64,000 nucleotides of DNA, taken from contig NC_068987.1 in NCBI RefSeq assembly GCF_001194135.2, positions 25,278,240-25,342,239 of the forward strand. Reading direction: 5' to 3'. Shown piece by piece: positions 25,054 to 36,925 of this stretch (positions are counted from its first letter, which is position 1; each line of letters starts with the position of its first letter). The stretch is from Octopus bimaculoides. Lineage: Eukaryota. The notes below the pieces were generated by a model, which worked only from the letters and a program-made list of their open reading frames with translations, was not told the origin of the DNA and searched no databases. The translations under genes were made by a program, and so were the position numbers.

Positions 25054-25162
25054 TACATTCAAAAGGAAAACTATTACTTTGTTCGAAACTGACGAATTTC
25101 TAGTTCATATTTTCCGGGAGTTTTAATAGAATTATGTGAAATTATGTATATGTGTTTACGTA

Positions 25163-25193
<31 letters not shown>

Positions 25194-25974
25194 GCATGTA
25201 TGTATGTATGTATGTATGTATCTATCTATGTATATATTCGTATCTGTGTACGAGTGAGAGAGAGAGAGACAGACAGACAGACATAGTGGGTGTGATAGTA
25301 AGAGAGAGAAAGAACCAAAGCGAAAAGAAAACAAGAACAAAACAAAGAATAAGAGAAAGAAGCAACCAAAAAATGTGAAACGGTATATATGTACTCCAGT
25401 TGTGTACACTTGTATCACTAGTTAATTATTCAGGTACTGAATAGAGCAGAAGGTGGATGAGGAATGTTTAATTAATCTGGTTTAGTTCAGTTAAGTATGG
25501 TTAAGTATAAGATAGCTAAGCCTGGTTTAATATTACTTTACATATTTCAGTAATTTATTCATTTATATATTTATTTAGTTTATTTATTTCTATATTTCAT
25601 CTTATGGGGGTTTTTAGTGGCCTGGTCCGAGAAAGAAAAGCATTACTTGTGATACTCTTTCAGCGGCTCCGTGACATAATGTGAGGGGAAAAAATGTAAT
25701 TATCCTAAAACTGGAGTTCTGAATCGAATGAGTGGGCTCCTCTGAAGGTACCCTTTTACCAGATAGTTTATTAAATCGGGTGACTGATCACATCTACTGC
25801 TCAAGATACAACAGAATGGACAAGGATTAGATGTGCTGTTTATCTCTAGGTTTGCCATAACTGAGCTGACCTGTAAGTTGAGTTAGGTGAAACGAACAGC
25901 TCAGTCATCATTTCTACAGTCTGATGAAGAACAAAAGTCTGAAAAGTTAGATTTTTCCTATTGTCGCTACCACC

Positions 25975-26026
25975 CCACCAACACCACCGCCGCCACCACC
26001 ACCACCACCGCCGCCGCCGCCGGCGC

Positions 26027-26061
<35 letters not shown>

Positions 26062-26064
26062 CTC

Positions 26065-26095
<31 letters not shown>
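25975..26095. repeat. Compound (ACC)(GCC)(AAC)(ACT) trinucleotide microsatellite
   Basis: Directly visible blocks of four different triplets. Confidence 0.9.
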
Positions 26096-26300
26096 GTACA
26101 GTAATTAAAGGTATTCGGCTTTCCACGATATTTTCCGGATCTTTTTTAAAACGGGTGCCACATTTTTCATTAATGTTTTACGTAGTGCTTTTGGTACCGA
26201 AAGACTTTCAAACTTCGTATACTTATNNNNNNNNNNNNNNNNNNNNNNNNNNNNNNNNNNNNNNNNNNNNNNNNNNNNNNNNNNNNNNNNNNNNNNNNNN

Positions 26301-26622
26301 CGAATTTATTTCATGCAAAAAATTGTCTTATTTCGATAATTTCAACCAATCACTGACGTCCATTCAGCCGATATACATTAAGTGCCGACTACATAAACAA
26401 ATGATTCTTCGTTTTATTTGCTTTTTTCATTTTAAATTTGCTTTAACCCTAACCCTAACCCTAACCCTAACTCTAACCCTAGGGTTAGGGTTAGAGTTAG
26501 GGTTAGGGTTAATTGTTTCAGAATCGTTTGTTTATGTAGTCGGCACTTAATGTATATCGGCTGAATGGACGTCAGTGATTGGTTGAAATTACAGAAATAC
26601 AACTTTAACATGGAATAATTTT
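26301..26622. mobile_element. Fold-back element: 72-bp near-perfect inverted arms around a (CCCTAA)n(TTAGGG)n core
   Basis: 26337-26408 vs 26520-26591 match at 71/72. Telomere-like core 26443-26512 centred on ccctaggg. Weaker inverted similarity continues outward (26301-36 vs 26592-622). Confidence 0.85.
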
Positions 26623-27531
26623 TAAGAAGACTAAGAGAAAAAGATGTTTTATATGACACATTCTACCAGTGATCCAAGTTTCAAAGTGTTTCGTTAATGA
26701 AAAATGTGGCCCCCGTTTTAAAAAAGATTCTATTTTCCTTTGGTTTATTGTCACCCAGGTAAATCCTCACCAATTTAATCCGGTTCCAGATTTTGCTGTT
26801 TCAAGGCGTTCCAACCATGACATTCTATCTATTTTCATTTTATTTCAGAGTGCAACTAGGGTAACATTATCCAGTGCATCTTTCACCAGGTTATGAGGTG
26901 GAGGCGATATGGCAGCTTATAGTCAAAGGCATTCCAAATGTAACCATCCCTTCTTTTGAAAAGGGCTTGCATTATCCTATATGTTCTTTCTATATATAAG
27001 TGTGTAATCTGAGGGAGATTTGGCTGCGATTTCTAGCAAGTCAAAACTGCGAAAATGCTCCCTGGTTTGCTGCTGCTGTTGTTGATGATAGTGCTGGGAG
27101 TGGTGATGGTGGTTGAGTAAAGTATAGTCAGAATAATAATGTCTGAGAGTAAGTGATCACGTGATGGAAGAAGAATTTTCTTTTTTCTTTTAGTTCTTTT
27201 CATTTCCATTTTCTTCGGTGATTTGCTAGAATCTGTGTTTCTAATAAATCTGAGATTTATTAGAAACAGTTCCTGGTGAAAAAAAAAAAAAATGCAAAAC
27301 AAATTTGATGAAAAGATTAGAGAATTTTTACTTGTGGATGCTTAAGTTACATGAAAGAAAATATTAGAGACAGTGGAAGTAACGTAAACAGGTATAAAAG
27401 AAAGGAGATGAAAAAGAGGAGGAAGAGAAGTAAGCATAGTGTGAGGATTATTATAGGAGAAGAGTAAGAAGAGAGAGAGAGAGAGAGACACAGACACAGA
27501 GATAGGTGAACAAAGAAGAAGAGAGAATATT

Positions 27532-27747
27532 CTTTTCTACTCTAGACACAAGGCCCGAAATTTTGGGGGAGGGGGCCAGTCGATTAGATCGACCCCAGTA
27601 CGCAACTGGTACTTAATTTATCGACCCCGAAAGGCTGAAAGGCAAAGTCGACCTCAGCGGAATTTGGACTTAGAACATAAAGACAGACAAAATACCGTGA
27701 AGCATTTCACCCGGCGTGCTAACGTTTCTGTCAGCTCGCCGCCTTAT
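27532..27747 (-). mobile_element. SINE family B, full length, tail type 1, 15-bp TSD
   Basis: TSD agaagagagaatatt at 27517-31 and 27748-62. Confidence 0.95.
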
Positions 27748-28523
27748 AGAAGAGAGAATATTAGCGGTTAAAAGGAGGCGGGGTAACAGAATTAGTCAGA
27801 AAGGTTCAGCTCATGAGCGTTAGGGTGTAGGTTTGATTCTTGGACGGAACGGAGCTTTGTGTTTTGGGGCAAACATTTCGTTTCACATTCACTTCGTTTC
27901 AAGTTCATTTAACTGGAAGTTAACTTTGTGACGAACTCGCGTCACATTCAGAGAGTAAGTAGCCTCGTACTCTCAGTCGCATTGAACGCCTCCAAAATGC
28001 GGATAAGCTCCGATCACATGAACCTTTTTACACACACACACACATCTTTGAGTTAGGTGGGAAGGCGTAGCCAAAGACCCTTTACAAAGCTTCTGAGATT
28101 CATAGGAATTCTGGAAAAAGGTATCCTGTAACCAGAGTTCTGACCCGAATGTTTGCAACAAAGTGAACTGTGCTGAAGTCATCCAAGGTACGAGTGGTGG
28201 TCTTGAATCGGGCGGCCGATTGTGTCTACCAGCCCTTAGATTCGAGGCCAAAAATGGAGATAGAATATTGCAGCGATCAGAGAGTGTTTGGACTCAGTAG
28301 ATAAACAACTGAAAATACATACTATAAAGACTTTAGTCTCCTGCTTTACTGCTACCGACTCGCCCAGCAATAGTCCTATTACTGACTATTCCACAACCCA
28401 CAGGCAATGTTGAAAATAAACAATTAGCTACTCATATTTTTTTGCTTAGAGATGTAAAGGATTAAAACATTAGTTCCAAACGATGTGCTGCGGATGTTTA
28501 AAAATATAATCTAAGAATTTAGA

Positions 28524-28690
28524 GGCGCAGGTGTGGTTGTGTTATTAAAGACGCTTGCTTCTCAACCATATGGTCTTGAGTTCAGACCTAACCCATGACA
28601 CCTTGGATAAGTATTTTTTACCATAGCCCCGAACCGACCAAAACTTTGTGGGTGAATTTCGTAGACGGAAACTGAAAAAGCCCGTCGTAT
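28524..28690 (+). mobile_element. SINE family C 5' half
   Basis: ggcgcaggtgtggttgtg...gtagacggaaactgaaaaagcccgtcgtata. Confidence 0.8.
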
Positions 28691-28698
28691 AACAAAAA

Positions 28699-29258
28699 AG
28701 AGACATTACGCATGTGATTAGCAGCTGTCCTAAAATGTCGTCACGGTACTACCTCCCTATGTGGCACGATGTTATTGTTAAAACGATTTACAATCCCACC
28801 CGCAAAAAAGACTACTGAAATAAACTTAGAAAATCCCTCTGTTATGGAATACATTCATAAACACCAACTCAAGGAATACTGGTGGAATATTCCCATCAAA
28901 ACTTCTGTCAAATGTAAGCATAACTGGCTGGATACTCTTGTTTGGGACAGAGGAGCAAAGGTATGTACCATCATGAAGATTAGCTGCCCTGTAGATATAA
29001 ATATCTCTTTGAAAATCAAAGAAAAAGAGGATATCTATGGACAACTGCTTCGAAACCTCCAGCTTCTATATCCAGACCATGAATTCATATTCATACCAAT
29101 AATAATTGGAGCACTAGGTTTTGTTAGTAAATGCTTAAAGGAGATTCTGGATTAACTGGGATTTTCAAAAAGAGAAATTGACCGGCTGATTCGTACAAGT
29201 CGAATCTGTGAGTGGAAGAGTAAAAATATGCAAGACTTTTCTCAAGTGCCAAACGTGA
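28699..29258 (+). pseudogene. 5'-truncated non-LTR retrotransposon remnant: zinc-knuckle end plus restriction-like endonuclease (R4/Dong/NeSL-like)
   Basis: RDITHVISSCPKMSSRYYLPMWHDVIVKTIY (frameshift) ...YWWNIPIKTSVKCKHNWLDTLVWDRGAKVCTIMKISCPVDINISLKIKEKEDIYGQLLRNLQLLYPDHEFIFIPIIIGALG...* then (frameshift) QVESVSGRVKICKTFL. Matches the H..C..RHD, NRPD..D, E.SCP.D.N, K..Y and PIIIGALG signature. Confidence 0.88.
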
Positions 29259-29399
29259 TCTTGTTTGTGTTAACTACACCCCAAAGATGGAGCTTTGTAT
29301 CTTTGTTGGAAACCGGCCCCGCCTCAGAGGAAGATTTCTAATAATCAAAAAATTGAAGAGACATACATACATACGCAGATACACACACACACGCACACA

Positions 29400-29545
29400 C
29401 ACACACATGATGGACTTCCCACACCTTCCATCTACTAGATTCACTCTGAAGGCATTGGCCGTCCTAGAGTTATAGTTGCACGCTGTGGGACTGAACCCGA
29501 AACCATGTTGCAAAGTGAGCTTCATAACTATACAACCATTGACTG
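29400..29545 (-). mobile_element. SINE family C 5' half, diverged
   Basis: ccttccatctactagattcactc...gctgtgggactgaacccgaaaccatgttg is the reverse complement of the family C head. Confidence 0.7.
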
Positions 29546-29609
29546 TTTTCTAAAAACTTTTAACTTTTCAAAGTCCTCCAGTAAGTTTCTTTTTAATATT
29601 CAGCCTTCT

Positions 29610-29814
29610 AAAGGTGGCGTGCTAGCAGAATCGTAAGCATGCCTGGCAAAATGCGTAATGGAATTTCGTCTATCGTTATGTTTGGGGTTCAAATTCCACC
29701 GAGGTTGATTTTGGAGTTTGTCCTTTCGGGGGTTTGTAAAATGAGTACCAGCTGATTACTGAATTTGATGTAATCGACTTGTCCCCTTCCCCGAACTTGC
29801 TGGTTTCGAAATCG
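29610..29814 (+). mobile_element. SINE family B, diverged, first of a tandem pair
   Basis: aaaggtggcgtgctagcagaatcg...cccgaacttgctgg; preceded by atattcagccttct. Confidence 0.8.
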
Positions 29815-29828
29815 ATATTTAGTCTTCT

Positions 29829-30044
29829 AAAGGCGGCGAGCTGGCAGTGTGGTTACGGCGCTGGGCACAATGCTTAGCGGCATGTTGTCCGCCATTACGT
29901 TCTGAATTAAAATTCCGCCGAGGTCGACTTTGTCTTTCATCCTTTCGGGTTCGATAAAACAAATACCAGTAGAACATTGGGTTCGATGTAATCGACTCAC
30001 TCCTTCCACTGAAATTGCTGGCCTTGTGCCAAAATTTGAAATTA
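29829..30044 (+). mobile_element. SINE family B, tail type 3, 14-bp TSD
   Basis: TSD atatttagtcttct at 29815-28 and 30045-58. Confidence 0.92.
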
Positions 30045-30229
30045 ATATTTAGTCTTCTGTGTACCTTGAAGTCGAAGGGACTGGGAATCACAAGCAAAGT
30101 CTGTCCCCTTTTGTTAAGGATGTTATTAGCAAGGACATTATTATTAGCAAGGACAGCATAGAAAATATTTAAAATATTAAAATTATGGACAACTGTGAAG
30201 TTTATTATGGTGTTGATTTAATAGACACA

Positions 30230-30357
30230 GTGACTGCGGTGGTGGTGGTGTTGGCAGCAGCAACAGCAGCAGGAGAGGTGCTAAAGGTGGTGGTGGTGGT
30301 GGTGGGGTGCTAGTGCTTTAAGTAGCCGTGGTGATATTAAGTGGTAGTAGAAAAAGA

Positions 30358-30396
<39 letters not shown>

Positions 30397-30700
30397 AAGT
30401 GGTGGTGGACGTGGTGGTAGTGTTAGCAGTAGTGGTGGTGGTGGTGGTGGTGTGGTAGCGTAGTATTAATAGTGGTAGTAATGGTGTTGGTATTAAGTAT
30501 TAATGTTAGTAGTTGTAGTAGTACTAGTATTAGTAGTAGTACTAGTAGTAGAGGCGGTGGTGGTGGTGGAGTGAATTGTACTGGTGATAGAAGTGTTGAT
30601 GATAGTGATGATAGTACGGCGGTGAGGATGGTGGTAATGGTGGTGATAGTAGACATTAAGCTTGTGGCAGTTGTAATAAGGCGACGGTGTTGATAATGAT
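30230..30700. repeat. Imperfect (GGT)n/(AGT)n low-complexity tract
   Basis: Visible trinucleotide periodicity. Confidence 0.9.
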
Positions 30701-30896
30701 GTTTGAATACATTTAAAAACAAAAATATGTCCAAAATTGTAAAGGCATGAATCATGGCACACGTGTCAAAATAAACAAAATGAAATAAGCCTACAGATAA
30801 AGAAAATATGAATAAGCCCGCAAGTTAGATGCTGTCTGCATCCAGGTAACATTGGGTCTTCTTTCTCTTTCCGCTCGTATAGATTTCTGGCTATAA

Positions 30897-30937
<41 letters not shown>

Positions 30938-31584
30938 CATATATATATATATATATATATATATCCCCCCTTCTCTCTCTCTCTAACACGTCTTCCCACC
31001 TGATATGCATGTGTTGTTATTCTTAAGACACCGACCAGGAATGGTTACATGTATTTGTATTATGCTAGTTCAGTTACCGCCAAACTATGTACTGGAGAAG
31101 ATGATGTTTAAATGATGTGCTGAGAGAGTAGAAGAGGAAGAGGAGGTTATGCAATTAAGATCAGAAAATTACACGCACGCACACGCACACATATACGTAC
31201 GCGCACTCACAGGAAGAGAGGGAAGTGGGAGTAGATTAAGGAAGTAGATTAGTATATAGGCGCTCACATATATATAATATTGGGGGAGAAAAGAGGGAAA
31301 TTGTTGAGTAAATATTGGGCTAGACGAGTTGAGTGTGTCGTTCGTTCAAATCCACTGAGTGCGATATATTGTGTATTTTGGTATTATGCAAGTATAACAC
31401 CGACTTTGCGGTCACTGATGATCTGGAAACTTCAAATTCTTGCCGCCGCCGGACTAATTTACTGGGCGGCCCTGTTTCACAGTACCTTGCATAGTACTGT
31501 ATCATTTATACTAATGTACAGGTATTTGTACAGGTACCTGTATTTCATTTAATTATTTATGTACATTTAAAATTTGTTAAATTT

Positions 31585-31788
31585 AAGGCGGCGAGCTAGC
31601 AGATTCGTAAGCACGCCGGATAAAAATATTTAGCGGCATTTCGTCCGTCTTTACATTCTGAGTTTGAATTCCGCCGAGGTCACCTTTGCATTTCATCCTT
31701 TCGGGGTCGAGCACTGAGGGTCTCGCTGTAATCGACTTACCTCCTTCCCCGAAATTGCTGACCTGGTGCCAAAATTTGAAATCGATAT
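31585..31788 (+). mobile_element. SINE family B, tail type 3
   Basis: aaggcggcgagctagcagattcg...gaaattgctgacctggtgccaaaatttgaaatcgatat. Confidence 0.88.
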
Positions 31789-32615
31789 GTCTGGAACATA
31801 TGAACTTGAGAATAGCTCCTCTCTCTAATATACTCATGAGAGATACTGAACTTGGTTATTAAACAATATTTGTTAAATTTAGAAGTTGTATCCATCCATG
31901 CTTTGGAAAAATCAGTAATCTGTAAAGACTCTGGAACTAAAGGCTCCGGAAAATCGGTAATGCACCCCTACTTAATTCGGTTTACTTACTGTCACTTCTA
32001 GCAACGTTCATTCCTATCTAGTTGATACCTCTCCTCTTTAAGTTTCCATATGAGTATCATCTTCATTACATCTATGAGACTTAGCGTTAAACCAGCACTT
32101 CCTTCATGATCAGAGATCTTGAAAACGTTCTCTAGTGTTAATATGATAATTTCGGTGTTTTGTTTTTTCAACAATTCAAAGACATAGTCACTGGTTATAT
32201 CGAATTGGTAGAGTCGTTAAGAACGTCAGATATAACGTTTCTCTGCTCTGAGTTCAAATTTGCATTTCGTTCTTTCTGGGTCAATTAAAAAAGAAATGTA
32301 CCCATCCAGCAGCAATGGCATGGCAGAACTGTAAGAACATTGGGCCCGGATCCTTTGCGGTATTTGATCCGGTTCTTTGCGTTCCGAGTTCAAATGCCAA
32401 CATAATCTTCGTTGTTATTGATGATGGAGGAGAAACTATGATGAAGACGTCTCAGTCCTAACTGGTTGGTCTATTTTACATACACTGTGAGCGCAGGCTT
32501 GGTTTTCGGCTAAAAAATCTGTTTTGAAACTACATACTTCCAACTACGAACCCTTCGATTGAATATCATATCAGTGGATTTTGGTAGAAGGAAAATTTGC
32601 AGAAACCTGTTACAC

Positions 32616-32685
<70 letters not shown>

Positions 32686-33507
32686 NNNNNNNNNNNNNNN
32701 NNNNNNNNNNNNNNNNNNNNNNNNNNNNNNNNNNNNNNNNNNNNNNNNNNNNNNNNNNNNNNNNNNNNNNNNNNNNNNNNNNNNNNNNNNNNNNNNNNNN
32801 NNNNNNNNNNNNNNNNNNNNNNNNNNNNNNNNNNNNNNNNNNNNNNNNNNNNNNNNNNNNNNNNNNNNNNNNNNNNNNNNNNNNNNNNNNNNNNNNNNNN
32901 NNNNNNNNNNNNNNNNNNNNNNNNNNNNNNNNNNNNNNNNNNNNNNNNNNNNNNNNNNNNNNNNNNNNNNNNNNNNNNNNNNNNNNNNNNNNNNNNNNNN
33001 NNNNNNNNNNNNNNNNNNNNNNNNNNNNNNNNNNNNNNNNNNNNNNNNNNNNNNNNNNNNNNNNNNNNNNNNNNNNNNNNNNNNNNNNNNNNNNNNNNNN
33101 NNNNNNNNNNNNNNNNNNNNNNNNNNNNNNNNNNNNNNNNNNNNNNNNNNNNNNNNNNNNNNNNNNNNNNNNNNNNNNNNNNNNNNNNNNNNNNNNNNNN
33201 NNNNNNNNNNNNNNNNNNNNNNNNNNNNNNNNNNNNNNNNNNNNNNNNNNNNNNNNNNNNNNNNNNNNNNNNNNNNNNNNNNNNNNNNNNNNNNNNNNNN
33301 NNNNNNNNNNNNNNNNNNNNNNNNNNNNNNNNNNNNNNNNNNNNNNNNNNNNNNNNNNNNNNNNNNNNNNNNNNNNNNNNNNNNNNNNNNNNNNNNNNNN
33401 NNNNNNNNNNNNNNNNNNNNNNNNNNNNNNNNNNNNNNNNNNNNNNNNNNNNNNNNNNNNNNNNNNNNNNNNNNNNNNNNNNNNNNNNNNNNNNNNNNNN
33501 NNNNNNN

Positions 33508-33564
<57 letters not shown>

Positions 33565-33821
33565 TAGATAGACGGGTGGGGGAGTGAGAAGTGGAGAGGA
33601 AGTTTTGTTGGGAGATGAGTGCGTGTTGTGCTGTGTGTGTATGTGTGTGTGTGTGTGAGAATAGGTGATTGAATGATTATGTATATAGAGAACTTTCTGT
33701 GTATGTGTATGTACGTGTGTGGGTTTGCGTGTGCATATATGCTTAGATATGAGTGCGTGGGTGTGTATATATATATATATATAGATAGATAGATAGATAG
33801 ATAGATATATTATGTATGTAG

Positions 33822-34130
33822 GACGTAGACGTTGATATGGCTGAGTGGTTAAGAAGCTCACTTCGCAATTAAAAAGTCACATGTTCAATCCTATTGTGTG
33901 CTATCTTGGGCAAGCGTTTTTTTTTTTTTTTGTCATAGTTTCGGATTGACTCAAGCTTTGTGAATGAAATTAGGCTAGATGGAAACTGCGTGGAAGCCTT
34001 CTGCATGGTTTGTACTTGTAGTTTAAAGATCCTGGCTTCTCTCACCGTGTCACGTTGGGTTTTACTTGAGGGGTACGTTAAGAGTACATGTGTCTGCGGA
34101 ACACTCGTCCACTTACACCAAAATACAATG
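33822..34130 (+). mobile_element. Old SINE: family C-like head followed by a degenerate family A-like tail
   Basis: tatggctgagtggttaagaagc...cttgggcaagcg head, then ...tcaccgtgtcacgttg...gtacgttaagagtacatgtgtctgcggaacactcgtccacttacac. Confidence 0.55.
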
Positions 34131-34282
34131 GAGTTGGCAGTTCAATTAATCGGAAAATGTGGGGTGATTGTCGTCGAAAATCGCTGAGAATCCATTTTAG
34201 ATGTAATGTTTGTATATAGTATATTACAAGCACACTAATATGTAAATATATAGGAATACATACATACACCAAACTCAAAATC

Positions 34283-34605
34283 TGGCATTCCATCGGTTAC
34301 AAGGACGAGAGATCCAGTTAATTCGATTAACGGAACAATCTACTCGTGAAATTAACGTGTAAGCAGTTGAGTACTCCACAGAAACGCGTAGCTTTAACAT
34401 AGTTCTCAAGGAGATTCAGCGTGAAACAGAATGTGTTAAGGCTGACCCTATGAATTAAAGGTACTACTCATTTTATCTAGCTGAGTGAACTGGAGCAACG
34501 CGAAATAAAGTGCCTTGCTGAAGTACACAACGCGCCGCCGGGAATCGAACTCACAACCTTACAGACGTGAACCAAATACCATAACCACTAAGCTACGCGC
34601 CTTCA
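34283..34605 (-). mobile_element. CORE-like SINE with its own tRNA head but the family A 3' tail
   Basis: Minus strand: gaaggcgcgtagcttagtggtt...gagttcgattcccggcggcgcgttgtgtacttcagcaaggcacttt...ctccagttcactcagct, then agggtcagcctt...gaactatgttaaag...gttaatttcacgag...gatggaatgcca. Confidence 0.8.
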
Positions 34606-35032
34606 CACATACACACATACACACATACATACATGCATACACATACCCCACTAGTGCAAACGTGGACGTGTGTGTGTGTGTGTATGTATGTGTATGTGTT
34701 ATTATTGTTTAGTCCAGGTAAATCTTCATTGATTAAACCTATGAGCAAAAGCGTTCCACCCATGACCATTGTGTACTTTTAAGAACACCTACTCCTTCAT
34801 TACCCAGGGTATTCTGATTTTTATCTATTTAGTTTTCGAAATTTGAACTTTTAATTTGAAGCAGATTTGGCTTACTATGTCTAGCAGGTCAGACGACCAC
34901 GTTGTAGTTTCCTCCTACTACAGTGTTTGCTTGTCTTTGTATGAGCACAGACATGCAAATGCATGTTTGCGCATAATATATACATATACAAACATATACA
35001 TAGTCACACACATCTACAATTTACACATAACT

Positions 35033-35169
35033 ATTCCGCCGAGGTCGACTTTGCCTTTCATCCTCTCGGGGATGATAAAATAAGTACCAGTTGCGCATTG
35101 CGGTCGATCTAATTGACTGGCCTCCCCCCCCGCAAGAGTTCGGGCCTTGCGCCCAGAGTAAAAAAGAAT
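35033..35169 (+). mobile_element. SINE family B, 5'-truncated, tail type 1
   Basis: attccgccgaggtcgactttgcctttcatcc...gggccttgcgcccagagtaaaaaagaata. Confidence 0.9.
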
Positions 35170-36543
35170 ATGCACATAACTATACAACATACACAAACCT
35201 ATACGCATAGTTACATATGCACTCACATATACCGACACATATACACACACATACACACACATATAATTATATACATGTTATGTACACACATATACATTTG
35301 TATTTTGTTTGTGTGAATATAAGCTTTTTGTTGCTGAATGTTTTTAGAAATAAACAGTTTGTTTCGACATTCTCAAAATACTTCATTTAAAAAAAGTTTC
35401 TCTCTCTTTCTCTTTCTCCTTGGATATAATTGTCATGACTCCTATCTCTGGCTGCATTATACTTGTTCTTCTAAGACCACCATTTCTTCCACCGCTATTA
35501 CAACATTTTCATGATGCATGATTAAGACGAATCTATGTCTTGATCATAGCCGAAGAATAATGCTGGTGACCCCTCGACCTTTTCATTGACGGATGAGACG
35601 GTAAACTGGCCGCGTCTTTAGAGCGTCGGATAAAATGCTTTGCCAATCTTCTTTGTGATTCTCTGTACGCTAGGATCAAATGCAACTGAGGTCATAACGT
35701 GGATGATATCAGTAATCAAACCTAGTCAAATAAATATTAAATGAACTACCGTAGAGTACTCAATGTCTCCGTTATAAGCTAATAGAAGTCAGATCTCCTC
35801 CAAATCACACGTTACGGTTTGAAAGATGGAAACATACATTAGATTATGACATTTAGTGAGTTTGATTCCCAGACTGGGTTGTGCTTTGTGTTCTTGAGTA
35901 AAACACTTTATTTTACGTTGCTCCAGTTCACTCAGCTATAGAAACGAGTTGCAACATCACTGGTGCCAAGCTGTAGCGGTCTTTGTCTTTCTCTCGGATA
36001 ACATTGGTGGCGTGGAGAGAGAGGAGGCTGGTATGCATGGGCGACTTCTGGTCTTCCACAAACAACCTTTCCCAGATTTGTACTTCGGAGAGGAACTTTC
36101 TAGGTGCAGTCCCATGGGCATTCGTGACCGAACAGAGGTCTTTAATTTTTACTTTATCAGGGTTGGATATCAATAAAGTAAGGACGTATGGAACAATGTG
36201 GTTTAAAATAACATCGTCTGAGGATCATACAGAATGGGCTACTGAATCTTGTCTCACTTTGATTAAGCAACAACAGCACAAATATTCTCCACCTGGCATA
36301 TTTACAATTTTCGTAAAATGCCAGACGTACAGTTAATTACTTTCAAAGAACCAAACACAAAGGAACATATCAAAAAGACAAACGCACACATGCTCGACGC
36401 TCACATGCACACACCTACTTTTGCATATGTTCTAAATCGGTCGTTGGCCGGGTTTCATAAGTAAACTTTTCCTTCTCCCATTCACTGTCATCTAGAACCA
36501 TTTTCTCTCCCGAAAAAGAATTATCTCTAATTATTGCTGTGTG

Positions 36544-36614
<71 letters not shown>

Positions 36615-36884
36615 NNNNNNNNNNNNNNNNNNNNNNNNNNNNNNNNNNNNNNNNNNNNNNNNNNNNNNNNNNNNNNNNNNNNNNNNNNNNNNNNNNNNNN
36701 NNNNNNNNNNNNNNNNNCGTATCTATTAATTTAGTGTCAGAAATGTTGGGATGCCTCGAGGTTATGATAAAAGACACTTGTAAAAATGCCACGCATTGGA
36801 ATCGAACCCAATTCGTTTCCAAGGCTTCATAGTTAAGAAAGTAACTTCTTAGTTTCTCAACCATACTTGTCTCCCCCCTCTCTC

Positions 36885-36925
<41 letters not shown>

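Noticed and set aside
26443-26512. Chromosome end-to-end telomere fusion site
   Set aside because: The order is (CCCTAA)n then (TTAGGG)n, opposite to a fusion scar, and the tract is short and enclosed by inverted arms.
27904-27954. 51-nt AG/GTAAGT-bounded segment as a coding exon
   Set aside because: All three frames contain stops; no other support.
27973-28251. 92-aa minus-strand ORF in non-repetitive sequence
   Set aside because: No recognisable motif, non-ATG start, and it runs through a (CA)n repeat.
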